Origin: Lingula anatina
Taxonomy: Eukaryota; Animalia; Brachiopoda
NCBI GenBank assembly: GCA_051362555.1
Contig: CM120643.1
Coordinates: forward strand, 4,278,001 to 4,342,000
Reading direction: 5' to 3'
DNA length: 64,000 nt
A program made the position numbers and the translations under genes. The notes beneath the pieces were generated by a model, which saw only the letters and a list, made by a program, of their open reading frames with translations, was not told the DNA's origin and ran no database searches. Shown here in pieces: positions 52,260 to 64,000 of this stretch. Each line of letters starts with the position of its first letter. The first letter of the stretch is position 1.

Positions 52260-52480
52260 AGGACCTGTAATTGTGGTATTTCTTTATGTTCATATCCCTG
52301 TGTCATTCTTGGAGTTAGAGAGCCATACACAAGTTCTTTGTTGCTAAAACTTGCAGACACAACCCAACGTGATCCAGCATGATGAATGTGAATTCCAGCT
52401 GTAACTACAGGTTGCAGGCCTATCCAGATAAAGCATACGGCTTGGTGAGGTGCAGTTACAACATTCAAAACGTTTTCAAT
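52260..52480 (-). pseudogene. Decayed Ulp1-like (C48) cysteine-protease fragment, TE-associated
   Basis: GIHIHHAGSRWVVSASFSNKELVYGSL resembles iQIhH.g..HWV.s…v.vYDSL. Confidence 0.5.
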
Positions 52481-54109
52481 AAAATGAATTTTTGTGCAAC
52501 AAGACGTAGAAGATGAGGTTCATATACACACGACAGATACGAGTGCAATCTGATGAACTCCACAGTTTAGAGATATAACTGTAAGTATTGTAGCAATGTC
52601 CAGCACAAGGCCAAAATAATAGTTCAAGTTCCTAATTGTTACTTTCTTCCACCTCCATCTTTTCTTTCTGGTGCCCATTTTAGATAGTTAACGATGCTTC
52701 CTTCTCTGTACAGCTATATCTTGACATCATGACATCTGGAAAAAAAAGTGAAGTAGAAATGTAAGCATATATGTATCGAACGTACGCTGGCAGGCGTGCC
52801 TATCATAGCTCATTGAGGGATTCTAAGAATGAGGTTAAGATTGGGTGTTAAATTCCAGCTAGGGTGCAAAATGTAAGAACTATTTTTTTAGACTTAGCTG
52901 CCTAAACTGGAGCTGATAGATAGCTGATATGTTTATTACAAAAAACAAATCAGGCACAAATTACAGCAGTAAATGTAAAACACAATGCAACATTAATTTA
53001 ATTACCTTTGATCACCTTAAAGAAGTTGCTGTGCCCAAACGGAAATTTATTTCTCTTCCCTGAAAAATTCATCCCAGCCATGACTGTTGGTCATACACCT
53101 ACAAATAATATTTATAAAATAAAGGATATATTGAATAAAATCAGAAATGTCTTGGTTTGATCAAGAAAAGTCCAAAAAATTGGAATAATAACCTGCACTT
53201 ATTTTTAAAATTCTGATAAAAAGGTTTATACTGCCAAACAAACCAGTATAACGTAGCTATACACATGTAGGTTGGACTTTGTAATGTAATTAATTTACTA
53301 ACATGGACAGAAATGTGTCAAGTGTAAAAAGTATTAGTTATCATTCCATAAAGGTTTGATCATAACTTATACCTGAGTTCTAGGTTTCAGATATGTATTT
53401 TACACATTAAACACAGGAAAAAATGAAGTAAATGCATATATATTAGTATTTGTCCTACCTTTGCATGGCCTTTTTAGTGTGATCACACATGTTGATACCT
53501 CCTATCGCAGCAACTGTGGCTTTCTATCAAATGGAAAAAATAAATGTCATTATTATAAAAATAATAACTAGTTTTTGTAATTATATTATTGAAACTGTGT
53601 GGCAAAACTTGCAAATATACAGGCATCAAACAGCAAAACATGCTTTCTTTTTGGTAATTTTAGGTACTGATGTTATATATGAAATGCCCACAGTCACAAG
53701 ATGGACAGAGACATACATATGTCACGCTGATCCATATTGCATGAACTAATAAAAAGGGAAAAAATCTTCATATTTGAGTGTTGAAAGTGTAACTGTAACT
53801 GTAAGGAACTGGAAAAAATGAAAAATATCTATTCTTACCAATAGACTAGACTGTTCTTGTACCTGTTCTTGTACATGAGACATTTCACATGTTTCTTTTG
53901 GCTTTCCCACATTTCCGTAATTTTTTCTGTGTTTAACCAAGTGTGTCCCGTCCTGCAGGATCACTGAAGGCTACCAGCAGCTGGTTAATTAGATTTAATG
54001 TTTCTTTCTCACCCCTGGTGGTACGTCTGCAATGCAAAGCAACCTCTTTCCAAGTCAGTCATTTCATATTTTCATCTCTGTCAGTCGATGGATGCAGTTC
54101 ATTTGCCTT

Positions 54110-54935
54110 GGCATCAAGTAAGAGCTGGAGGTTGTCTCTGTCCCAAGTGAAGATGTACTTGCTGAGAGTGGACACTGAAGACACTGTATAGAGGGTGGGA
54201 ATCAGTGGTGCAGCCAGTACACAGGCACCTCATAAAATGCCAGATGTCCAGCCTGATGACTGTATCTTCCCAACCGTGAAATATCTTCCTCAGGTATGTT
54301 TTACTACAGCAGTCCCTATCTACATATAATGATATACCAAAGTTGGAAGAGGGCGCCTGTATCCCTGTACCTAGCAACCAACTCCTGTGCCATTTTGGTC
54401 AAGGGGTGGCCCTCACCTGCAGTCTTAATTTACAGAGTTCAGGACTTGACCATGCTCATTTCCAACATTTGTACACCACATATGGTCTTGGTTACTGCAC
54501 CAGCTTATTTCTTGACAACCTTTTTAGTCGAGTCAAGCTTTAAAATATTTCCAAACTGACTTGTCAGCACTGCTTTCAGTTCAGGAAGCCAGTCCATGAC
54601 ATCAATGGCATATGCATGCATCAGCCATCTTGGTTGGGGCTCATGCTCTCTGGGCGGAGGCAGAACAAACACTGGAGGGGTAATGAGACCTGTCTGGGAA
54701 GCTTTGTGGAAGGCATCGCAGTCTGCGCCATACTGGACAACCTTACTAAGCCAGGCGTCTGTGTGTTGTACACGAGGCTTCTTTTGTATTTGTGAGCTGC
54801 TGTTTCTTAGTCCCCTCTCGTAAGAGACTAATCACTTTAACATCGTGGGCCAACTTCGCTGTTAGAACAGCAGGGAAGTAAAGTGGGTGGCCAACATCCA
54901 GCTGTTGGATTATGTCCCTGCTCCAACTCACCAGT
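54110..54935 (-). mobile_element. Decayed DUF6729-like putative DNA-transposon ORF
   Basis: IIQQLDVGH..YFPAVLT…LTSQFGNILKLDSTKKVVKK…LYVDRDCC…IRLDIWHFMR…TTDSHPLY. Confidence 0.65.
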
Positions 54936-54971
54936 TTCCAAACCAGAGTCCAAGAGGAGTGTATCTAAAAG

Positions 54972-55006
<35 letters not shown>

Positions 55007-56393
55007 CAAAGGAAATTCCAATTTGATAAGTCTTTGCGCTGCTAAAATATGTCCGTCATTCAGCCATCCATTTCCTAACAGTGTATTTATGCCCCCCTAT
55101 ATTTTCTGTTATCTGAGAATGCAATATAAAATCAAACGATGAGTTGGTGTAGGATGTTAGCCTTTTACAATATGGGTTATATATGTATTATTTATATATA
55201 ACATCAGCAGGCAAGATGATGTCCCTTCTCTTAGAGGATTGTAGAGGAAATTTTTACTCCAAAATCTGTCTTTAGTCAAGTTAGAAAAAATAGTCATTAT
55301 AAATATAATTCAAGATACATGTATCTAATTTAATCTTCATTTGTCCTTTTATACTTGTTACTGCAAAACAAACGGTTTTGTAGATATGATGATCAAAGTT
55401 TATTATAGTGAATGTGGAGCGCTTTGGTTACTCGTCCATGAACGGTGTAGCTTACACATACGGTCCAAAACTACAAAAAATAAATAAATAAACAAGATAA
55501 ACTAAATGAATTGTGAATGTAGTATATAATTAAGTAGAATCTAACAAATAAGTAATGGATTAATGCTTACTTTTTACGCCCCATGTAGTTCATAACGTGT
55601 GTCCACCTGTTCCGTTCAATCGTTCATAGCATTGTCCATATAATAAGTGCACATTACCACTCTGCGTACATCCGGTGCATTTACAATACTGTAATGTTTG
55701 TTCTACAAACCCGTCACCATCTCCACATTTCATCAGTTGAAGGATTCTATCTTGGAGAAGTAAACAGTGTGGACACTGTGTTGTGAAGGTAAAAACATTC
55801 TGCATGGAAAGACTCTGCTTTTGGATCACTGAGGGGTCAGGTGATACAGTGGTCAGGGCATGTGTCTTCATTCTTCAGGTTCAGTTTTTATTCTTTGTCT
55901 TCAGGTAATGCAGGCTTGTTGATAAATCATTCTTCAAACTTTGACATTGATATAAGCAGAAATGGACCCTTTGGTCAGTTGCCACAGATCACACAGCTTT
56001 CTGAGAGCCCTGAAGCCTTCTTTTCTTCAGTGCATATATACATGGTCTGGTCATATTGAATAGTGAATAATAGTATTGAATAGCTAAGTAATAAAATTAT
56101 TTTCTATTGCCCTAAAAATGATTCACTGTGAAACTCTTCAAAGGTGTACAGGTTTAGACCATATATTGAAATGTGTGCTTCCTAGGTAACATAACTCACA
56201 TGTATACACCATAGCCCACAAGTGTAGCCATCTAGCTGTTTTTCATGGTCAATGGTGACAAACTTGCACCCAATTTCTTTTCTTCTGGAGAAGTTGCTGA
56301 AAATACATTACAAAAAAATTATACCTCTCAACCTCATCATGATATTGAATTGCCTGCACCTTGCTCATATAATTAACATAATTTATATAAACC

Positions 56394-56552
56394 CAGGGAC
56401 AGATTGAGACCGTCTTCAGGGTCTTCTGGAAGCAGTCCGAGCTCACATGTGGGTATTTAATTTTTTTCTGTTGGAAGACAGTCAAAAATGGACAATGGAC
56501 CAAGAAAGATAATTTGGAAGACTGTCAGAAAATATCTCTGGATCTGCCCCTG
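56394..56552 (-). mobile_element. ~160-bp MITE, same family as 4235-4394
   Basis: CAGGGACAGAT…ATCTGCCCCTG flanked by the direct repeat TAAACC. Confidence 0.7.
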
Positions 56553-57259
56553 TAAACCTATTATTCATACAATACAATATGACATGTCTTTTAACTTATT
56601 TTAATACACAAATGTAGAATTTTTCTTGTAAAACAGGATAATTATATAGATATGTTATTGCCCAATATCTTATAGCAGAATTACAATTATTGCAGAGATA
56701 AACTGCCTACAATAGTAAAAACAACCCAAATCCAAAATTTAGATCTAAGAGAGTCCCATATAAGGGTTGAATACTTACCAAGACAGAGTAGTGTCCTTGT
56801 CTAATGCGAACTCCCACTATCACATCATATTCTGAGAGGTCTTTCTATATCACAAACAAACAAAAAAAATTAAAAATAGAAGCAAGTGGAATTTAATTCA
56901 AATTAATCTATTCATTGCAGTTTGGGATACTAGGAAACAATTCCTAACTGAATGCCACAATGCCTTTATGAAAAAAAAAGTATTGAGAATAATGATGGTC
57001 TTTTGTAACATTAATATGAAAGGTAACCTTTTTTTAAACTATTACATATATATTAATGCATTTTTAATAGTCTCTGTGCATTTAAAAGTGGTTAAAATAA
57101 AATTCAATGTTTTCATTATATTATTTGAGGTTAAGTTTATAACACCAAACACAGTGCAATCACCTTTAAGACATAATGAAAAGTGTCAAAATGAATATTT
57201 ATGTTCAGTGGCTAAAAATAATTGAAAATTCTATCTTCAAGGCAATATCTTCAAGGTTG

Positions 57260-57820
57260 TTAAGGATCAGGTTGAAGTCTTCTAATACATTTTGTTTTGT
57301 CCCAAATTATAAAGCAGTCATCAAGGCAACGTTTCCATGTGTTTTCTAATTGATTCCTAAATTCGAATCCAAAACATTCTTCGCATTTTTTGTACAAGTC
57401 TTTTTCGATGTACCCTAGGACAAGTGTAGTATAAGTGGGGGCTACTTTTGTACCCATTGCAGTTCCTATTTTTTGGCGATAATGTTTGCCATTGAAGTGG
57501 AAAATATTGTTTGTCAAGATGAATTTAAGTCCTTCTGTAATGAGGGTATTTTGGATACATTTTGGAATATGTGATGGGTATCTTTCTATCCAGTAGCTGA
57601 TTGCCTCAATGTCCAAATCTTGAGGGATGTTTGAGTACATGTTGGTTATATCGAAGGAGACTAGTATTGCATTTTTGATTTTTTTGGCAAGTTATTAAGG
57701 CAGTCCACCATGTCCCTTATGTAGCTTTTTACTTCTTTGGTAAATGGTTTTAATAAAATGTCTAGAAAATTGCTAAGTCTGTGAGTTTCACATGCTGGCC
57801 CTGCTATAATTGGACGCTTA
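57260..57820 (-). mobile_element. Penelope-like element RT fragment
   Basis: RPIIAGP…SYIRD…SFDITNMYSNIP…GTAMGTKVAPTY…WKRCLDDCFIIW. Confidence 0.88.
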
Positions 57821-57829
57821 AACGATTTG

Positions 57830-58330
57830 GGCAATATTGTCCATACAGCTGTAGCTGACTTAAATGTTATTTTTGTTAAAAATCTTGTGTAATAAATAAC
57901 CTGCTGGAAAATGGGATTTAATAAGCTTTAAAAATACTTTACTGATGTTAGTCTGTACATTTCTACTAAATGGTGGATTGAACCATAGGATATTTCTTTT
58001 GCGAGTTTTTTCAGGATTTTGTAGCAATGTTTGTATAATGGAGTTTGTGGTTGAAACTGGCTGACTCGAGTGCCTCCTGGTACTCCCTCTTTGATGATTC
58101 AAACATGTTTTCATCACTAGAAATTGTGGATAGTCTAGTGTTTATTGAGTTTGGTATGGCATTGATGACAGTAGTGCTGCATTAGGTTTTTTGAATGTAT
58201 GGTCCGAAGGATCTGTCTTTCAGGTTGAAGGTCACATCTAGGAAGTTAACGGAGTTGAGCCAGATGCTGGTTGTGACCTTTAATCCGAGCTGCTTCATGG
58301 TGGAGGTTAAATCCTTGACTATCTTTGTAG
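57830..58330 (-). mobile_element. Second Penelope-like fragment (post-RT region of a different family)
   Basis: VNFLDVTFNL and RKRNILWFNPPFSRNVQTNI…HFP…LHKIFNKNN…SYSCM. Confidence 0.8.
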
Positions 58331-58924
58331 CGGACCACAAGTAAATGAAGAGACACTGTTGGATGATACTGCTGTTTATTCACGCAGTGTGAACAGAACT
58401 GAACAGAATCTGAACAGAAACTGAACTGAAACTGGTGAAAACTATAAAAAGAAAAGAAAAAGAAAAAATAATTATAACAATACAGTTAAATATTGAGATA
58501 AACTAAATATACTAAATAACTTAATTCATGTGATCTTGACAAATAAAAAATCGATCTTTACATATGTGTAAATTATTTATTATTTAATTTTAAACACTTA
58601 CACTAAAACAATATCCAGACTCGTTTTCTCCGCTGCCAACTGGCTGCTCAGACACGGCCATTACAATCTGAGCTGGTACTGTAATTTTATTTGATAACAT
58701 AAATATACATGTGCATGTTGGTCATGAAAATGCCACACCCATACTAACATAAACTTTAATAAACACGATGCTCATAACTTATGTTACTGATTAAACTTAA
58801 GTAAACTTTTGTAAACTACACAAAATACCTCTATATAAGTGAATTACACTTTATTAAACACATAAATTTTACACAATCTACACGTAATATCGTAACATAC
58901 CTCCACTCTGCCAGTAATGTGCCA

Positions 58925-59085
58925 TGAATTTCGAACGGCTCTTAAATTTCGAACGATCTTAAAATCGGCCGTCTGGAGTTTTTTCTGGACCATGAATTTC
59001 GGCCAGTAAGCAATTTTGCGCGATCTTGATTTCGTGAATTTCGTACACCTTAAAATCGGCCACCGGGCTATTTTCGCGCTCATAA
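58925..59085. repeat. Clustered short subterminal-type repeats (aatttcg…/aaaatcggcc)
   Basis: Repeated gaatttcgaacg, taaaatcggcc and gaatttcggcc motifs. Confidence 0.5.
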
Positions 59086-59399
59086 AGATCTAACAGTCGG
59101 CAATGTTGCCCTAGCGTACCTTTCCCCAAGTACTACGTGTGCGGCCCAAGGTGCAAGATAACGATCGGTACAGTTAGTTTAGGACGCTAAACAACATCGT
59201 CATATCCATTCATTCAGATAACAGGAGAATCTATTAAGAGTTGTACTGTGGGGCTGTTGTTTCTTTACCGCAGTACTCGGTGTGAGATAGCAATCGGTAG
59301 TTTTGCTGAGGCGCACAATAGCATAGTTAACAGTAGAGACTTCAGTAACAGAACAAAAGAAGCAATATTAAGAGCTGCAATAAAGATAACCATTATTGC

Positions 59400-59915
59400 T
59401 TTCTTGTCTCGCTCAGATCGTTCATGATCTCCCACTGACGATCTTCCGCTAATGAAGTCCCTTGAAATGTACAAATGAAATGAAAAGTATTTAAAAAAAT
59501 TATAAATTCCAATGGGGAGGGAGGGTTAAAAACAATTGAGAAAGATCTCTGACTGACGTTCTTCTGCAAACGAAAGCCACTGAACGAGTATGAGCTTTCT
59601 CGTTTTGCTCAGATTGCAAATGATCTCCCACTGACGATACGAAAATTGCGTTCTCATCTTGCCCTTTGGCTTACGAAGTCTCTTTAACAAATATGAAAAT
59701 TGCCTCCTGTCTCTCTCGGATTGCGAACGATCTCTCACTGAAAATTTGAAAATTGCCTTTTTGTTGGTGGGCCGACGTTGGGCCGCCGACTCCAACTACG
59801 TCGGCCCACCAGCTACTGTCGCCGGTGGGCCTACGTTGGCCTGACCATCGGTCCAACGTTGGCCCACCAGCGACATACAACATGAGTGGCCCAACGTCGG
59901 CCCACCAGCGACACC
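59400..59915. repeat. EnSpm-like subterminal repeat clusters, two motif types
   Basis: gatctc(c/t)cactga x3 at 59400-59745; direct and inverted acgt(t/c)ggcccaccagc / ggtgggcc.acgttgg at 59760-59915. Confidence 0.6.
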
Positions 59916-60929
59916 GCTTTTATTTATTTTTTATTTTCTTTATTATTTGTTAATTAATTGATTTATTAATTTTTAAATAATTATATCATCATTATTATTG
60001 TCATATATAATGGACAAAACACAATGTAATATTTCAAGAGTGTTTATTTTTCTGTAATATTTCTTCCTTAAAATACAACAAGGCAAGTTATAATGGACCT
60101 TCAGATAAATACTTTAAAAAAAAAACCATTTAACTGTCAAAAACATATGCATATACCAGTCAGTCCATTCAGCAGTACAGGGAAACAAATTTTCTTATAT
60201 TTCCAAAGCCATACCAGTCTAATGCTGTCTTTACTTGCAGCAAATAACACTATGTAGGAACAATATTGTTCATATCACAAAATGTACAAACAACAACATT
60301 AACAATTCTAAGTTAACTCTATTCAGTACTCTAACTGCAACATATCTGTTTGAAAGAACCAAGCATAAGTGCTTTAATTTGTAGTCAGAACAATTTTAAC
60401 GGTCAAAAACGTCATATACATGTTCATATATTTCCAAGCACAGTTAGTCTATGTCTTTGGCAAATATCCCCTAACCTTAATTAATAGTCAATCTTGACTA
60501 AGGTATCCAAATTTAATTTCTCAATAAGCATGTAACATGATACATACTTTCAACTCGGGACCGAAAAAAAAAAAAAAACATTAGTCTTGCAAAGCCTGGA
60601 CCCTTTCCTTTTCTGAAAACAACAGATTGAAGTGATTACAAGTAGAAAGTAGTTGTCCATCATGTCCCTATTAAACTGAAATGTTTACATGTAAATTCAA
60701 CATAAGTAAAAGGATTGGCATGGAGATCAACATCATCAGAATGAGAATAAACTGATCTATTTAAGAAACCAACTGATACATGTAGTGCAAACATGGAAAA
60801 GAATCTTATTTTTGTATTAAAACAGTAATTTCAATTTTTTAATATGTGTAAAAAGAGACAAAGGAGAATAAATATGATTAAATAAATATGATTAAATACA
60901 AGGGTGTAATACATACCAATCTTTTTCAA

Positions 60930-62020
60930 CAATCTTTGCTGCCTTCCCCCCTCCCTGTCACTGGCATTTTTCAACCATGTTTTCATGATTCTTTCTGCGT
61001 CACTTTCCTTGATACCATTTTTTTTGGCAGCATCTGTTAAAGTTAAAACATTTCTAAATAGATTTCAGTGTTATTACAATCAAATAAAGGCGTGAGATGT
61101 GATAGAGTGGGAAAATATTACATCATGAAAAATTATTTTGACTCACCAGTAGACACATACTTACCATGCAGGACTCTGGCAATTCTGCTTTTGCACAGAC
61201 CATGTTTTTCTTTGCTTCCATCCCCTCTTGCACGGCCCTTCCAGTTAAATAAAGTTGCCATAGGAGATGTCATCAGCGCTTCCATCACCACCAAGATATC
61301 CTTTTTATTACTTAAAAATAGAATTAACCTGTCATCAGATTCCTCTTCTGCAAGTCTAGATGGCAGGTGTCTCCTTTTGTGCAAAATTAGCATTTAATAC
61401 AGTGGTATATATTACTATAATCATGATGATTATATATATTAAGAGTGTGAGTGATGCAACCATGGAAAAATGGAAATTTTACATTTTGATAAACATACAA
61501 TTACAATTAATATAAGGCACAAATAATAAAGTATTTTTGGAATTTAACACAATTTACAGGTAATATGATATATAATGTCCCCCTCACCTCCTCTTAGCTT
61601 CTATGTCAGTCGTGTCCAGGTCAATATCACAAATGTTTTGGTTCATTGATTTAACTGCTTTGGCGCACTTTTCCCTTGCCTTTCTATAGTCACCTAAAAA
61701 TTACTGCCTAGTTAACATTGTTGTAGAATTTGCCACTGACCAAATGTTGCACAAATTTTCATTTCTTATATTCCAAATTTATTGATAATGTTAATTTAAT
61801 TGGTTCCACACACTTACTAGTAGACTTCAACACTTTGCAGTCATACACAGCCCAATCACTATCTGGTGGCACACACTCCTCTATGGCTCTTCAACCTCTC
61901 ATAACTGTCTTGGGGGGCCAAAGGCACTTATTACCTTTGACCCATTCATCAGGGGCCACTGCCACTGAATTTTCCTCAGGGAAATATACGGTTGAACTTT
62001 GAGCGAGACATAATCTCCCT
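60930..62020 (-). mobile_element. Spliced accessory gene of the EnSpm-like element (DUF4806-like), decayed
   Basis: Exons FPEENSVAVAPDEWV…CLWPP…PPDSDWAVYDCKVL|gtaagt and VMEALMTSPMATLFNWKGR…KHGL…VLH|gtaagt. Confidence 0.6.
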
Positions 62021-62063
62021 GTGATAGAAATGTTATAAAAGTTAATAAATTTATGCCTGTTTA

Positions 62064-63280
62064 TCACAGAAGGGGTAAAGTAATAAATTGGTTATTTAAT
62101 GGTAATAAAATGAATTTTGATTTGATCTGCTCTGGACTGATGCTCACTAATCGACCACTCGGATTATTCACGGACCATATGTGTAGTCTACTAGATTCCA
62201 CAGGATATATAAAAAAATTTTCTTTTGTCATAAATGGTTGACATATCAATCTCCGTTCTTGATTGAAAGTGATAATATTTTTTATGATGAAAGGTGTTTG
62301 TCCAACATTTATGTTTTTTTTATCAGTTAAACAACCGGATAATGCTATATATTCCCTTTCTGCAAGACGGCGTATCACTTGTTGGAGTGGCACTTTTGGT
62401 TTTCGAACAAGTCTCTTAATAGTCTGAAGATAGTTTTCAAATGGGAAACTTGAAAAATTGTGTAAAATTCCATACATTTAAGCATGTGAAGCCAAATGTG
62501 TGAGTGAATGAACGTTATAAATTATCTGTTCTGCACCATATGCCTCACTCATGTGCTCCACGAAAAGGGAGAGTATTTGACCAGCAAAATTACAGTAATC
62601 TCCACACATTGTCTAACTACACAAAATGGTGATTGCTACAAAAAGCATAATAAAATGTTTATACAATGCATTTGGCAGTTTTCCTCTTAGAACAACAGGA
62701 CCAGTATACATAAGAAAGGTTCGGAACTCCGTAGCCTTCCATCTTTCAATTTCTGATAAAGCCCGTCCTTTACGTAGAAATTCTCTGGGAAGAAAGTCTC
62801 TCATATTGTTTATACCATCTGAGATACACCTAATCATGTTACCCCCCAGTCTCACATGTAGTGGTCCATTCATCCACAGTGTCAACAACTTCTTCATAAC
62901 CCCTAAACATACCAGGTGCATGTAATCTAGTGGAAATTGGCTGATCATGCCAATCCTCAAGGAAAGTAAATTTGACTCACCACGTTGGTGTTCATCATAC
63001 ATCATCTCATTAAATGCAACATCAGTTGGAGGTTGTGCATAAGTTTGTGGACAAGTCATATGGTGATTAACCCACTCACCACTTTGAACACAGTTGTCGC
63101 AACCATAATACCCAGTGTGACCTTTCAATTGTACGTTTCACAAAGCTTTCGCGCAGCTGTATCACAAACAAAATTTGATATCCTAACAGTGAAATTTTTG
63201 TCATCATAAATTAAACCAACTTGTTCTAAGTGTCTCATTTCTTCCACAAATTTATTCAGAAACTGATTAGCATCATAGTA
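62064..63280 (-). mobile_element. EnSpm/CACTA-like transposase pseudogene, copy 2 (distinct family member)
   Basis: FVCDTAA, KGHTGYYGCDNC, FPLDYMHLVCLGVMKKLL, WKATEFRTFLMYTGP and FSSFPFENYLQTIKR. Confidence 0.9.
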
Positions 63281-63294
63281 GAGGGGCCATGAAG

Positions 63295-63795
63295 ATAACC
63301 ATCAAACACCACTACAGCTTTAATTATTACTAGGACATATGTGACATACTGGTGTACAAATAACCATCAAACACCACTACATCTTTATTACTAGGACATA
63401 TGTGACATACTGGTGTGCTAATAACCATCAAACACCACTACATCTTTATTACTAGGACATATGTGACATACTGGTGTACTAATAACCATCAAACACCACT
63501 ACAGTTTTATTACTAGGACATATGTGACATACTGGTGTGCAAATAACCATCAAACACCACTACATCTTTATTACTAGGACATATGTGACATACTGGTGTA
63601 CAAATAACCATCAAACACCACTACATCTTTATTACTAGGACATATGTGACATACTGGTGTACAAATAACCATCAAACACCACTACATCTTTATTACTAGG
63701 ACATATGTGACATACTGGTGTACAAATAACCATCAAACACCACTACATCTTTATTACTAGGACATATGTGACATACTGGTGTGCAAATAACCATA
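63295..63795. repeat. 61-bp tandem minisatellite, ~8 copies
   Basis: Unit ataaccatcaaacaccactacatctttattactaggacatatgtgacatactggtgtacaa; period 61. Confidence 0.95.
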
Positions 63796-64000
63796 TTTCA
63801 GCTGATTGAAAGTCAACTGCAGCTGGTTTGTCTTTGCGGCTTTGGTAAACAAATGCTAGCAGATAATTACGAGACCTGTATGCTGGGGACTTATAAGAAT
63901 TCCTTTTAGAACATTGCATTAAAATATGAGATGAGAGTTGATACATTGTTTCTTATGTGTCTGAAAGAAAAAAATCAGTTTGTGAAGTCATCCATTGCCC

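Noticed and set aside
54972-55004. Long poly-C/poly-G tracts (also ~645-671 and ~29131-29158) as G-quadruplex elements
   Set aside because: Simple homopolymers that are common in such genomes, and their lengths are unreliable in assemblies.
55590-56060. Cys/His spacing suggestive of a RING finger on the minus strand
   Set aside because: Requires several frameshifts; too degenerate to call.
63295-63795. Resemblance between the 61-bp unit and the 62-bp unit at 8596 (ctaca…tactagga…atactg)
   Set aside because: Only short shared words; common ancestry cannot be supported without alignment statistics.

Overview
AT-rich eukaryotic (animal) genomic DNA. It has spliceosomal introns, microsatellites and TE families typical of molluscs or other lophotrochozoans; the taxon is an inference. 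Most ORFs in the supplied track are spurious. (1) ~2.1-7.1 kb: a minus-strand multi-exon gene encoding an N-terminal CBM20 starch/glycogen-binding domain (STBD1-like), followed by symmetric phase-1 micro-exons that include a duplicated three-exon cassette. (2) 8.6-25.6 kb: tandem repeats. These are a 62-bp array, a decayed LDL-receptor class A (LDLa) exon whose 3' half is amplified as a 72-bp minisatellite, and a ~15-kb higher-order satellite of 193-bp monomers punctuated 13 times by a ~320-bp decayed exon-like insert. (3) ~28.5-31.7 kb: a diverged duplicate of 1-2000. (4) 32-40.4 kb: deeply nested non-autonomous transposons, including two inverted Helentron-type HINEs with 146-bp internal arrays, several foldback MITEs and a Harbinger-like element with TAA TSD, arranged as concentric inverted repeats. 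(5) 41-64 kb: a graveyard of fragments from unrelated TE classes (L1/Tx1, other LINE RT, Penelope x2, EnSpm/CACTA-like x2, Mutator/Kolobok-like, DUF6729-like, Myb/SANT, Ulp1-like, kinase), almost all on the minus strand, reminiscent of a uni-strand piRNA cluster. All family calls come from manual motif recognition; no searches were run.
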